A stretch of DNA of 64,000 nt from Eledone cirrhosa (Eukaryota): the NCBI GenBank assembly GCA_964016885.1, contig OZ024755.1, positions 806,001 through 870,000 of the forward strand. The letters run 5' to 3'. Of this stretch, positions 27,129-42,134 are shown piece after piece. Made by a program: the position numbers and the translations under genes. Below the pieces are notes generated by a model. It had not been told where the DNA came from and made no database searches. It saw nothing but the letters and a program-made list of their open reading frames with translations. Each line of letters starts with the position of its first letter. Position 1 is the first letter of the stretch.

Positions 27129-28154
27129 TTTTAATACAACTCAAATACTTGGATGTTTTCTCTGACTATGTAAATATTTTATAACATATTTTTCAATATT
27201 CTGATTATCCACTCCTAATTCAATAAATGTTGAGACAACATAAACCATTTTTCATAGACTTATTAGGAATAATCTATAAAATATTGGCATATCAAAGTTT
27301 AAGATGTGACACTGTCGAACAACATTTATATCCTATCCTTCTTTATCTATTGATATTTTTCTAGGTTTTTTTTTGTCATAAGATATCACTTATCTTGTGA
27401 AGAAGAAGAAGAAAGAGAAAATGCCTATCAAAATCTGGTATCATTTTTATTGTACTGTTTATATAGTTTATAGTGAATACACATCTCATGTACATATTTG
27501 AAAAAATTTTTTTCATAATGCAGCAACAAGATTATCTGAAGAAATGAAGAAAAAAATTTCTCTGAATAGAACCAAAATTCCATTAATGGTCACCAGTATG
27601 AATGATTTCCATTCATTGAAGATTGTATTTTTTCTCTCTATTTCATAATATATTTAATGGCAACAAAAATGTTTGCTCTTTCACTGACCCATTTTCTGAT
27701 TCTATCAAAGGTTTCCTATATTAAGTGACCATCTTTTAAAAATACTAAAATCACTAGCTAATGCTGAATTGAATTCTAAGTCATCTCGTAATCTATATTC
27801 AGTTAATGTACGTAATGGTTTTCAAAGATTTTAGACTGAAGAATATTATAAAGCTTTTTTTTATTTTAGTTTCTTGTAGAAGTTTCCGCAAGAATGAGCC
27901 CGACAAGATGGACTGTCTCAATCAGTTCGTCTTTCTTACTATCCTCAAGGGTAGGAGCTCATTCTGTCGAGACCATGAAGCAAGATTTGTTTGATGTTTT
28001 GTAAAGAACATGAGAGGATATTATATATATACATATATATATACATATACATATATATATACATATGTGTGTATATATATATATATATGATCATCATCAT
28101 CGTTTAATGTCCGCTTTCTCTGCTAGCAAGGATTGGACACACACACACACACAT

Positions 28155-28202
<48 letters not shown>

Positions 28203-28571
28203 CGGCCCTTCTATCAGTCACTGTCTTCATTTTGCAAAGCTGTCTAAACGTAATGTTATAACTCTAGGGTTATATACCCTATTGAGTGCTTAGCTGCACA
28301 CCGAAACTGCATTCGTTAGCTTGGCTGCAACCATGGCTTCGTTGATGCTGTACTAAATGTTGTATATATATATATATATATTGTCAAGAGTGTCTAAAGA
28401 ATAGATCAAGGAAAAACTGTTCTATGCAAATTACAGAGCCTAAGTATATTATATATGTTCAGCCATGTTGGTTCTGTCTGAAGATAACCTAACTAGCAGA
28501 TATAGAATCTCTTTGTCTTTTGTTGGCTGGAGTTTGAAACTTTAAGTGGCATACATTTGTGTTGAGAACTT

Positions 28572-28652
<81 letters not shown>

Positions 28653-31339
28653 TGGTTTGGGGGGAGTGGTTGGTGACAAAAAAAAGCACATAACCATCCA
28701 GTTCCTCATATGTCTATGTTGAAGAACATAAATAGAATGGTAGAATGCTTCATTTGGTCACAATCATTTACACGGACAAATTATTATCAACAAACACTTA
28801 TCTCATTTAGAACTTTACCAATTTGTTTTCTTTTCATCAAATTAATGCTTTGTATTTTAAATATGACATTGCTTAAATTAGCAATGTTTGTTTCTATAAA
28901 ACTGTCTGTCTACGATGTGTGTATATTTATAAATTGCGCTCTTAAATGGATATTGTGTATTGTATAGTTTCTGGTGTGTGTTTTTTAGTAGCCATTAAGT
29001 CATGTATTTACAAGCTTCATTGGACAAAATATTATATTTATGATAATAAAGTGAAGGCTGATGGTTTACTGGTTTGAGAATTGGATTTGCAACTGTGAAG
29101 TTGCAAGTTCAATACCCAGACCAGGCAATGTTTTATGTCCTTCAGTAAGACATTTTGTTTCACGTTGCTCTTTCTGCTAGGAATTGTGACTAGGAGATAA
29201 TATCAGCAATGGAAAGACCAATAGAAACATTGTTTCCTTGGTCCACTTTGACCAGTTCCACCCCACTTGGTAAACAAGTGAGGTCTGGGAACTTCTTGCT
29301 TGCTTATAAAAATGGTTTCTGATTTAGGCACAAGGCCAACAATTTCGGGGGAGGGGAAAGTCGATTAAATGGACCCCAGTGTCATACTGGTACTTTATAT
29401 TATCGACCTCTGTAAGGATGAAACTATAGTGTAATTTTATATAAGAACCTTTGTTAAGTTATGTTCCAAACACCAGATTAATAATGAGAAATATTACTCT
29501 CCAGCATGATAGGGATGATGGGGGTTGGGAATATCCATGGTACCATGTAAGAGTCCCACATGTGGCTGGCTGATATACTAATGACTTGTCTACCTATTAC
29601 TATCGCACTTGAAACAATAAAGTGTTTCTGGAATTTCTTGTTATTTTATAACACGACATCAACAACAACAACAATAAGAAATACTGTTTTATACACATAC
29701 ACACCCCACTTGCATTACACAAATTACTCAACATCAAATCCTAACTCGATGAAAGAACTGTGTTAGATGTGGAGTTTTGATTAAATTCATATTTTCATCT
29801 TGTAACAAAACATAGCAGTGAGTTTCACATGTAGCAGATTAAATTATCTGTAGGTTATCTCTAGAAGGTGAAGACATATGGCTTAGTGGTTACAGCAACT
29901 GTGATGTAGTGAAGGGAGATATGTATACATAGGTGCCTGTTTGTCTTCCATGAAATAAAATACTTGCCTAGGTCAGTAACTTGGAGAGAAACTCTCAAGG
30001 TGCAGACCTAGGGTCTTACAAGACATACAGAGACCCTGAATTTGGTTCATGTTTATATCAAATATTTCCATTATTTCTCAAATCTTCCAAACAACAAAGT
30101 ATGTATTTGAGAATCTGAAATTGTTGTTTGTTTGTGAGAGATTTTAAAAGACTGACAATATTGGTAATAGAATTCACAATTCAGAGAACATTTCTGACAA
30201 GAATAGCGAGGAGAAGTTTGTGTTCTGACTTGAGAAATAAATCTGACATATTTCCATGTAAAAGAACAAAAGAAAAAAAGAAAAAAATTGATAATTTATC
30301 TCTAGATCAATATTGATTTTTAAGATAGGCACAAAACCTCAAATTTAGAGAATGGGTATAGATGATTAAAATTGACAGAAACATTAAAAGACTGAACAAA
30401 ATGCCATTGCCGTGTTTATTCCAGCTGATTACATTCTGAACTCAAATCCCTCCAGAGGAAAACTTTGCTTTCATTTTTTTCCAGAGTTAATAAATAAAGA
30501 ATCAGTCTTGAGTGGTGGCCTAGTGGTAAAGGTGTTAGACTTATGACCATACTGTTGTGGGTTTAATTCCTGGAATGGGTTGTGTGTTGTGATCTTGAGC
30601 AAAACACTTCATTTCACATTGCTCCAGTATACTCAGCTGAAAATGAGTACCAGCAATAGGTGGGGCGGGGGGGGGGGGGGTGCAGTTTGAAAAACACATT
30701 TTATTCTCAATTTTATAAATAACATTACAAATTGTTTATAATTCTTACAAAATGAAAATATACACACAAATATACATAGTGGGTTGTGTTGTTCGGGACA
30801 AGGTAAGAGTAGTAAGCTATAGAGAGCTGAGAGGGAGAAGCTGGAATATAATAAAATACAATAAATGAAATAAAACTTGTTTAAAACAATAAATGTTTTG
30901 TGTTTTATTGTTTGTTTAGGTGAAGGTAGAGGTGTAGAAAGTTGTAGAAAGTTGAGTGTGTGAAATCTAAAATTATATTTAAGGTTAGAGTTAGAATTAA
31001 GGTTAGTATTATTGTTAGTTAGTATGAATGGTCATGTGACTACAGTCTACGAGCCTTATATACACAAGTATATATATACAATACTTAACTACATATATAT
31101 TCCACATTAAAATATAAATTCAAAATGAAAGCAAATATATCATAATCGGGAAGTTTCACATAAAAATGGAATTCATGGAACCATATAAATATAAGACATA
31201 AAAATATACAAAAATGTACAATCAAAGAGAAAAGAAAAACCAAATATCAATTCAACGCTAAGTGCATCAATTGGCCACACACCTCAAGGGGTATTGGAAC
31301 CTCCCCCTGTTGGAAGTCAAAACCAAATTGGAAACAGAG

Positions 31340-31680
31340 ACAATCACAAAGAACAGAAAGATTATCTAATGACATAATAACATCATAGCCATGTTGAAAT
31401 TTTATAGAAGAATATCTCGATTCCCTCTGGAAGTTTGGTTATATTAATTTAGAAGACTGGCTGTGAGTTCACCATTATCACCAGTTATGGATAACAAATA
31501 TTTTGGGAACTTCAAAGTGATAGCTCGGAGGTATGTATCCTGAAAATCCATAACTTCATTCATATGTTGATGGTTCCATCAATATTTGGCAACACAAGGG
31601 AGCCATTCTATATGTATTCCAATAATTCTAATACATCACAAGACAGAAAATCATAAGCAACTGCCATTACCTGGCACTGA
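31340..31680 (+). pseudogene. Highly decayed Penelope-like (PLE) reverse transcriptase fragment
   Basis: Frames give LAVSSPLSPVMDNKYFGNF (cf. GLAMGSPLSPVMANIYMENF), SYVDGSINIWQH (cf. RYVDDTFIIWPH) and QLP, in the expected order. Confidence 0.6.
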
Positions 31681-32391
31681 AAACATGTACATATTAAAAC
31701 TTCCTTGTAATGAAAGCTGAGCTCACAACAGCAGCTGGCCTCTTTATAATTTAAAAGCCACACATTTTTACACCATTAAAAGGTTTATCAAGGAAAGACA
31801 TGAGTATTGGTAAATCTATTTATCAATGTCGACTTTATCATTTAAAGATGGAAGTGAAATATTTGTCATATTACCTGAGTCATGAATCTCCCTCTCACAA
31901 GAATAAGATAGCAACAATATTGAAATCTATTGCTACCAAAACTGTAAAGTTCCTGACTTTAGAAATACTTAGTACTGTATATACGTGAATATAAGCTGAG
32001 GAATATGTGACCAAAAAATCGATGATAAAATGGAGGGATGGTTTATATTTGGGGTCAAATGTAAAAGACTGTAACCAAATACTACATAGTATATTTTATT
32101 CATTACTTTAACAATTCTGTCAATTTATATTGAAAAGACATTTTACTATTCTGTTATACAAACATGTTTTCAAATTGATTGTAAGGCCTTACTGGATACG
32201 GTTTTCATTACAGCCTTTTTTTTTCAATAGACTTGCTTTTCTTGTAGTTTGTTTGCTGTTTCTATGGCTTTCTAAAGCCACTCAATTTAATGTATATTTA
32301 CTGTGCTAATAACATTGACACTTCTCCAATAATATATTTCATAACTTCTAATAGACTTTCTCTCATTTTCCATTATTTGTGTTTGGACATA

Positions 32392-32685
32392 TTAACTCTT
32401 TGAGATGCAGTGGTATTTTTTTTTGGGGGGGGGGGGGGGGGGGGGCATTTTTAAAGCCATTTTGTGTCATTTTCTTGGCCAGATTTTTATATATTAAATT
32501 GTTGCATTTTTCAAAAATATGTTAAAAATAAAACAAAAGTGTTATTGTGATCAAATTCACATTATTTCATTTGTCTAGACTTGTGCTTCACAAACTAAAC
32601 TAAAAACCACACTAGTATGTCTTTGGTAAACAAAAGGTGGGAGGTAAAAGATGTGCCTGTATATCTTTGGAACTCAAACAGTTAA
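32392..32685. mobile_element. Possible TTAA-flanked MITE (second piggyBac-like family)
   Basis: TTAA-ctctttgag ... ctcaaacag-TTAA; short imperfect TIR only. Confidence 0.4.
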
Positions 32686-33068
32686 GAAGTTCCATTCTAT
32701 CAATGTAGTACATACAATTATGTAAACACTTAAACAAAATCCATAAACACATATGGCAAATGCTCCTTTCAAATAAAACTTATCTTTAAAAATATATATA
32801 TCATCTTCTTCTTGTACACATTTTCAGCTGAGTATACTGGACCGACATGAAATGAAGCCCACAACATTACAATTGTATGCCCAACACACTTACCACACAG
32901 CTACACATTTCCACTAGCAGACTTCTCACTACAGGAATTTACTAGAATCTAATATTTCACCCCAAACCATTTCAATATTTATATTTAACATTATACTTGT
33001 AAAAACATTAAAAATCAAATACTTTTTTTATTTTGCTTCTGTTTATGACAAAGTAAAACCAGGTTACC

Positions 33069-33115
<47 letters not shown>

Positions 33116-33589
33116 ACACTCTCTTTCTCTCTCTCTCTAATATATATATATATAACACTCTCTCTCTATATATATATATTTATAGTTTATAAATCCAATG
33201 GGAGTGTTTTCAGATATTTTTCAGACGCCACTCAAAATTGTCAGCTATGTTTTATGTTTGAGCTATTTATGATGGCAGCGATGGCGGTGTGTGTGTGTGT
33301 GTGGGGGGATATTAAGAGATCTCAGCAAAACAAACTTTATTTATGACAATCAGGTGTGGTTTTAGATTGAATATGAGTTTATAAGACAAGTAATGTTGTA
33401 ATGTGTTGTGATGTGTTGTGTAGTTGTGTGTTGTGGTGTGGTGTGTAGTGTAGTTGTGGTGTAGTGTGTTGTGATGTGTTGTTGTGTGTTATGGTGTGTT
33501 GTGTTGCATTGTGAAATATAGTTATTAGTTCCACAAGAATATAAGTTTGGAAACCTCTGGTATAGAGTAAATACAAATATTATAAACAT

Positions 33590-34115
33590 ACACGAATTGA
33601 AGGAGAAGCTGGGTTTGAGAGGAATTCAAGGTGGTGTGCAGAAGATAAGACTGCGTTGGTTTGGACATGTGATATGCATGGACAATGATCTGCGTTGGTT
33701 TGGACATGTGATGTGCATGGACAATGATCATTGGGTGAAGAAGTGCCAAGAAATACCAGTGGAAGGAAGCAACAGTAGAGGTAGACCAAAAAAGACCTAT
33801 GCAGAGGTTGTGAGAGCTGGACTCAAATCACTGAGACTCAGAGGAGATGAAACTTTATTTCATGTTGCTCCAGTTTACTCAACTGTAGAAATGAGATGAT
33901 AGGACTGGGGTCCCTATCATTAAATTACCCAAGACACCTCCAAAGAGATATACCTTTGATGAGGCCAGCTAAACCTGCATAGGTGTGAGCTGTCACACAC
34001 ACAGAGGAGATGAAAAAGGATTGTGACAAGTAGAGAGATGCTGTCGTGTTGAGAAGGACCTGTCCAACCCATGCAAGTGTGGAAAAACAGACATAAAAGC
34101 AATGATGATGATGAC
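33590..34115 (+). mobile_element. RTE-clade 3' fragment with 39-bp internal tandem duplication and (GAT)n tail
   Basis: LKEKLGLRGI...RLRWFGHVICMDND-LRWFGHVMCMDND-HWVKKC...RGRPKKT; tail ctgtccaacccatgcaagtgtggaaaaacagac...gatgatgatg. Confidence 0.85.
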
Positions 34116-34473
34116 ACTCAAAGAAGAAAATTAATAGTCCAAAAAATCAAATATATCATTACAAATCTTATGTTATCTTCAGGTTTATAAATCATAAAGT
34201 AAACAAATTATAGTTTTAAAAATTGAATTTTTTTCATGGTTCAGATATTTTATTTTATTTGAAATAATTCAGACACATTTACAATTATTGTAATAATAGT
34301 TTTATCACTTATCTTACTAATGTATAACCAAGAAACAGTCACCTCATGCTGAAGTGGGAAATATTTATGTGGCAAAAGAAAATGCTTTTGTTTTGGGTTT
34401 TTTTTTATTAATGTTTTGAAAATTTAGTTATGAAAAAATTATTTTTCAATCATCCAAGCAGGCAAAAAAGTAC

Positions 34474-34512
<39 letters not shown>

Positions 34513-35695
34513 CACAGGTATGCCTGTATTTGCTCCAATTCTTTGTGCAGCAGACATGATTGGTCACCCAGTTTAACACCACCACCTAGTCCTTAACTAA
34601 CTACAGTGGATGGAGTTAACTCTGTTGCAAGCATTCAGGTCAGGTCTTGCGTTGAGGATATCCTCTGCCCTTCTTCCATATTTGTTTTTGAAGGCCCTGA
34701 AAAAAATACTAAGTCAAAGGAGTTAATCTTCCTTCTGTGTTTAAAAAAACCTCTTTTCTGTGATATTAGGTATATTTTAGTAACTCACAATTTACTTTTG
34801 TGTCTACACCTTGTCTTAAAAATAAACTTATTTCATCTTTGTCTTATTTCATTTAGACTTTATAAATGACATATATTGATAACCCCCCCCCTCTCTCTCC
34901 CTCTCTCATTCCGTTACCTTCTATTTATTCTTCTTCTTTATTCAATTACTATCTTTAAAAATAGATTTCATGACTACAAAAAGACCAAATTAGATATACT
35001 ACGAGCAGAAAGGTTTCTATTCAATTCTGTCTCGTCAACTAAGCCATAGTTTAATTAGTAAAATTCAAACAAAATTAAAATCAATATCTATATATGCAAT
35101 GACTTGAGACAGCCGAAGAATTACAAAACAAAAAAACATTAAAAATTTATAAAGTAATTACAGGAATACTTTTTTTTTTTTTTCAATAAACATTTTAAAA
35201 TGTATGAAGTTAAATATTAGAATTCTTAAAAAAATGGCTCAATAAAGTTTTAAAATGCATAATGTTAGTGTGCCATGGGGAAATGTGAATTCCAATCATT
35301 CAAACTTTCTTCAGAAATCAAAAGGAAGCAGTCTTGAAGTACTGGAGGGGAAAAACAGGAAATTATTAATTCAGTCGGAATCATTTTGGAATAAAATTTA
35401 TATATTAATTATGCTTATCATTAATTATTTGTTTTATTTTTATGTATTTTATTTTTACTAAAACGAGACAAAATTATTGCCAATCTTTTAGAACCAATCT
35501 GATATTCTGAAAACTATTAATTTAATGAATAAATTAAGAAGCCTCTAGTTAAATGTTGTATATCAATATTGGTTTCTTTTGACCAGGTGTAAGGAATCTA
35601 TATTTTGGTGAAGAGAAAATCAAATGTAATATACTCATTTATTGCTAATGGCACCACGTTTTGGGTGTCAGAAGGTTACAGTTTCTTCTACTGTG

Positions 35696-36517
35696 CTGAC
35701 CATTACAGTGTAGTGACCATTACAGTGTAGTGACTATTACAGTGTAGTGACCATTACAATGTAGTGACCATTACAGTGTAGTGACCATTACAGTGTAGTG
35801 ACCATTACAATGTAGTGACCATTACAATGTAGTGACTATTACAGTGTAGTGACCATTACAATGTAGTGACCATTACAATGTAGTGACTATTACAGTGTAG
35901 TGACCATTACAGTGTAGTGACCATTACAATGTAGTGACCATTACAGTGTAGTGACCATTACAGTGTAATGACCATTACAGTGTAGTGACCATTACAATGT
36001 AGTGACCATTACAGTGTAGTGACCATTACAGTGTAGTGACCATTACAATGTAGTGACCATTACAGTGTAATGACCATTACAGTGTAGTGACCATTACAAT
36101 GTAGTGACCATTACAGTGTAGTGACCATTACAGTGTAGTGACCATTACAGTGTAGTGACCATTACAGTGTAGTGACTATTACAGTGTAGTGACCATTACA
36201 GTGTAGTGACCATTACAGTGTAGTGACCATTACAGTGTAGTGACCATTACAGTGTAGTGACCATTACAGTGTAGTGACCATTACAGTGTAGTGACCATTA
36301 CAGTGTAGTGACCATTACAGTGTAGTGACTATTACAGTGTAGTGACCATTACAGTGTAGTGACCATTACAGTGTAGTGACCATTACAGTGTAGTGACCAT
36401 TACAGTGTAGTGACCATTACAGTGTAGTGACCATTACAGTGTAGTGACCATTACAGTGTAGTGACCATTACAGTGTAGTGACTATTACAGTGTAGTGACC
36501 ATTACAGTGTAGTGACC
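35696..36517. repeat. Homogeneous 17-bp minisatellite, ~48 copies
   Basis: (gtgaccattacagtgta)n with few variant units (act, aat). Confidence 0.97.
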
Positions 36518-39275
36518 ACAACAATCTGTAGAACTTCTGTTGGTTCTAACTATGTAGTGGTGTTGGTGGTGGTGGAGATGATGATGATGATTACATTCGT
36601 AGGAAACTGAGTGTATATAAAATGTTTGTCAGTAGAAAACTTATATTATAAGAAATTCTAGACTTGCTTTTACTATCTGCAATCTATTAGTAGACATTAT
36701 TATAAAAAATACTTTTACTATACAATGTACTCAATTTCAAGACATAATATTTCTAAAATAGCAATAAATCTTTTCTAAGATTTAATGCAACATATCTAGT
36801 AACTCACAAGATAATATGCTAAAGACAATATCATAAAAATACAACATACTTCTTCTCATTTCTAAGACTAAAATATTTAAAAAATAAACATTAAGAATTT
36901 TAAGATTGCAGCACAACAGAACATATTCTACCTGCAGAATCAGAGTATATGGAAGATAGAGTGATGTCTAAAAATATATTGTACCCAGTAGCAAAAGGTT
37001 AACAATTACACAGAAGGTGGCAGCAGTTGTAAGGATTAATATAAAGTTTGTATTAAATTTGCTTCGTAAGAGGCAGTAATCTTCTTTAAATACAATGTTT
37101 TAACCTTCTCTTGTGTTGTTGTTGTTGTTGTTGTTGTCTCAAGAAAAAGACAACCATAAAGGAAAGATTAGAAATAGAGGCTGGTAGGAATGGAGTGGGT
37201 GAGGTGAGGGTGGAGGTGGGGTGGAGTGAGGATGAGGTGAGGTGGGGTGGAGTGAGGGTGAGGTGAGGGTGGAGTGAGGGTGAGGTGAGGGTGGAGTGAG
37301 GGTGAAGTGGGGATGGAGTGGGGTGGGGGTGGAGTGGAGTGGGGTGGGGTGGGGGTTAAAACTAAAATTCTATTGGAGAGATTAGAAATGAACAAAAGAC
37401 AAAAATATAAAGAACTGAAAAGGAATGTGGAAAAAAGAATAATAAATGTTAAAGAACTATTGTATAAGACAGAAGAAAAGCATAAAATAAGTTGAAAAAT
37501 AGAGAAAACTGGAAAAATTGTTTAAAGAAATAACTGGAAATAATAGGCGTGTGAATAAAAGGAAAAGAAATATTGAATTGGAAGAAAAAAGTTGTAGGGA
37601 ATGGTTGTTGGAAAAAATATAAAAAATAAATCTGAATGTAAACACAATGTGAAATTTTATCATCTTTTCAATTGTAAGTTGGCCATTTTTTTGTAATCAG
37701 GAAATTAAATCTGAATTAATGAGGGGAAATATTGTATAAGTACTTTTTCACCATTTTGTAAAAAAAAGCACAAAACCACTAATGGAATTGCAGTAGTAGT
37801 ATTAACCTGCATTGCTCTCTATTAGAGTTAGAGACAAATATATATATATATATATATATACACATACTATAAAGTAACGATGACTCATTAACCTGGCAAG
37901 GGGACAAAGAAACCTCTCTAGTGTTGATGCCATAATATAATGCACCCAGTAAAAGTGGACTAACCAACCAGTTTCATCTGGTGCTTATCCCAGTTTCCAT
38001 GGTGTGAAGTGAGTACAAGACTTCCCCTGGTCAGGACGCCAGTCAATCACATTGTTAAAGTCAGTTTTGAGCCCAAAGGTTCATCTGGCTGATACTTATC
38101 CTGGTTCGATGGTGTTAAACAACTGAGAGTACAAGACACCAGTCCATCACAGGGTTAAACCCCAGGTATTGCTGGTACTCATTTTCAGCTGAATATCCCA
38201 ATCTGTATTTTAGTCTCAGTATTAAACTTGTGAGCTCTACTATATCAAATTACAGTCTATGTACCATGCTTACAGCATATTACTAGCAATAAAATCGATT
38301 TTATTCTAAATATCAAAATTGTTATATTAGGTGTAAATTCAATATATGTGATATTACAAATAATAATAATAACAGGCTGTTATATTTACAGCTATTTGTT
38401 AATATAACTTTAGAAATATTAATCATCATCATCATCATCATCTTTGTTATGTCTGGTTTTTATGCTGGTATGGGTTGGATGTAACTTTTTTGAGGCAGTT
38501 TCCCAACCACCCAACAAGCCACCCAACCACCCAACCACACACCCTACCAACCAACCACCCACACACCCTACCAACCAACCACCCAACCAACCAACATGAC
38601 ATGTGATAGATATAGAAGCTGTCAGTACATGATTTGCTGTTCTGACAAAGTTGTAAGGAAGTTGACAACACTATCAGGTGATTCAATAAATAAAATACTG
38701 TGTATACACATACACATATATATAGATACTCACACACACATATGCATACACAGATACACACACATATGCATACATAGATACATACACATAGACATATATA
38801 TATGTATATATATAGAGAGAGAGATAGATAGATACATACATATATTATATATATATATATACGTAGATATACACATGTATATATGTGTGTTTATGTCCAT
38901 ATATATATATATATCTTTTTGAAAATAGTTGATATGAAATCCTGTACTGAGACTGTTACTGACCTCCCAAGTACAACTATATATATTGTGTGTGTATAAA
39001 TTATATCTATACATATATAGACACACCTGTAGCTCTACATATGTATGTAGAGTGATTATCTATCAGACATCACTGTGCAACAAGCTACCTGTAGCTGTAC
39101 ATATGAATGTGATTGTCAATCAGGTGACATTTCAACAGCTAGTACACAATTATGCATGTGTGCTGCATAGGTGTGCAACTGGGGATATAACAACACACAC
39201 ATGCGTGCGCGTGCGCACGCACACACAGATATATATATATATCAGGACAGATCATAAACACAGAGCTGGCATATC

Positions 39276-39390
39276 TAAGAACTGACTAACTGCCTGATGA
39301 GGTCATAGCCATTCAATGGCTATCATCGAAATATATATAGCAGTAAATAAAGGGTTATGAGTTGATGCAATTGACTTATGTTTCGTCACT
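39276..39390 (+). mobile_element. Short Penelope-like terminal-repeat remnant (family H1) ending at (TA)n
   Basis: Contains a hammerhead followed by AATAAA; near-identical reverse-complement copy at 42033-42147. Confidence 0.75.
39289..39344 (+). ncRNA. Minimal type I hammerhead ribozyme motif (family H1)
   Basis: actgc CTGATGA ggtcatagccattcaatggctatcatc GAAA tatata TA gcagt: 5-bp stem I, 11-bp stem II with one C-C mismatch, palindromic stem III; predicted cleavage after 39339. Confidence 0.88.
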
Positions 39391-39569
39391 ATATATATAT
39401 ATATATAATTATACATGATTATTATTGTTTTATATCAATGTTAATGATAAAGAATAAAGAATATATATATATATCATTATCATCATTATCATTTAACATC
39501 CATTTTCCATGAAAGAATAATAACTATTGATAAAATGAAAATGTATGTTAAAATATGAAATATCTTCCA

Positions 39570-39922
39570 AGGGTGTGTGGACCTAAACTATAACTTAAAT
39601 ACCTTACAGGTAAATCCAGCACTGGCTACACTGAGGCTACCATAGGTGTGTAACCCTTAGCTATAGCTTATTTACCTTACAGGTAAGTCCAGCACTGACT
39701 ACACTGGGGACCCCAAAGGTGTGAGACCCTAAGCTATAACTTACAGGTAAGTCCATCACTGGCTACAATGAGGCCCCAAGGGTTTGTGGCCTTAAGCTAT
39801 AGCTTATTTACCCTATTTAACTTAGTGGTAAGTCCATCACTGGCTACAATGAGGCCCCAAGGGTTTGTGGCCTTAAGCTATAGCTTATTTACCCTATTTA
39901 ACTTAGTGGTAAGTCCATCACT
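39570..39922. repeat. Degenerate ~65-80-bp minisatellite x ~5
   Basis: Repeated ggtaagtcca(g/t)cactggctaca...taagctatagcttatttacc. Confidence 0.85.
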
Positions 39923-40538
39923 GTATCAAATGGACTGTACTTGTCATTTAGTGACCCAGCCATGTCATACAATGTCAAGCAGATTATATTAAGAATACAA
40001 GTATCAATAATTCACTCAATAATCGATGGATAATCAGCTAGTAATTCAATAGATAGAGAGATGCATTGATTGAACAATTGAAATACTCAATCTTCAAAAT
40101 CAATGGAAGAGTCCATCATGATATATATATATATGTGTATGTGTTTGTATTCATGTACTTGTGAATGTATATATATATATAATATATTTATATATATATA
40201 TATATATTTATCATCATCATCATCATAATTTTTACACTGCATTTCCATGCTGGCATAGGTTGTCTGTGCATGTATGTGTATGTATGTATGTGTATGCATG
40301 TATGTATGTGTATGTCTGTGTATGTATGTATGTATGTATGTGTATGTCTGTGTGTGCATGTATTATATAAAAGTATTTATATATAAGTAGATGTATGTGT
40401 ATGTATGTGTGTGTATGTGTGCATATATGTACATATATGTGAATATATGACTATATGTGTGTATGTATGGTATTGCTTGTGTTTAAGCAAATTCAATCAA
40501 TAGTCATGTGTGGGTCTGTATGCAGCACCTAACCTATG

Positions 40539-40613
<75 letters not shown>

Positions 40614-40743
40614 ATATATATGTATATATGCATGTATGTAACACACCTGACCTGTTTATGTATGTATAAATATGTTACTTGCAATAACCTCCTTCAAAGA
40701 GAGATATATAATTATCTCTCTCTCTTTCTCTCTCTCTCTCCCC

Positions 40744-40824
<81 letters not shown>

Positions 40825-40894
40825 TAATTATTGCTGTGACTAAGTATATTCAAAAATGCAGCATCATACTCAGGTGACACAGCCAATAAGGTTG

Positions 40895-40918
40895 GCTGCA
40901 TTAATATATATACCTGCA

Positions 40919-40962
<44 letters not shown>

Positions 40963-41281
40963 CTGCATTTATATATACACCTGGATTAATATATGTATAC
41001 CTGCATTTATATATACACCTACATTAATATATATATACACCTACATTAATATATATATACACCTGCATTAATATATATATATACACCTACATTAATATAT
41101 ATATATATATACACCTACATTAATATATATATATACACCTACATTAATATATATATATACACCTACATTAATATATATACCTGCATTTATATATACACCT
41201 GCATTAATATATATATATTTATATACACCTACATTAATATATATATATATACATACACCTACATTAATATATACACGTGCA

Positions 41282-41318
<37 letters not shown>

Positions 41319-41850
41319 CTACATTAATATATATATATATACATACACCTACATTAATATATACACGTGCATTAATATATATATATATATATATATACAC
41401 CTACATTAATATATATATACACCTGCATTAATATATATATACACCTGCATTAATATATATATATATACACCTACATTAATATATATACACCTGCATTAAT
41501 ATATATACACCTGCATTAATATATATATACCTGCATTAATATATATACACCTGCATTAATATATATACACCTGCATTAATATATATACACCTACATTAAT
41601 ATATATATATATACATACACCTACATTAATATATACACGTGCATTAATATATATATATATATATATATATACACCTACATTAATATATATATACACCTGC
41701 ATTAATATATATATACACCTGCATTAATATATATATATATACACCTGCATTAATATATATATACCTGCATTAATATATATATACCTGCATTAATATATAT
41801 ATACCTGCATTAATATATATATACCTGCATTAATATATATATACACCTAC
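40895..41850. repeat. Compound satellite (cacct(a/g)cattaat(at)n)n
   Basis: Constant ~13-nt unit with variable TA spacers. Confidence 0.92.
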
Positions 41851-41910
41851 ATACAGAAAGGCATAACAATGAAACATGTGTGTGTTAATGTTGATGTCAT
41901 GATGTCATGT

Positions 41911-41967
<57 letters not shown>

Positions 41968-42078
41968 GAGAGATAAATAGATAGATAGATAGTAAATAGA
42001 AGGAAAGAATATATATATATATATATATATATAGTGACAAAACATAAGTCAATTGCATGAACTCATAATCGTTTATTT

Positions 42079-42134
42079 ACTGCTATATATATTTCGATGA
42101 TAGCCATTGAATGGCTATGACCTCATCAGGCAGT
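42079..42134 (-). ncRNA. Minimal type I hammerhead ribozyme motif (family H1, second copy, in element 42033-42147)
   Basis: Exact reverse complement of 39289-39344. Confidence 0.88.

Noticed and set aside
28201-28362. Hammerhead candidate (GAAActgcatTC plus hairpins) in a TA-bounded insert
   Set aside because: No CUGANGA box or stem I could be placed upstream.
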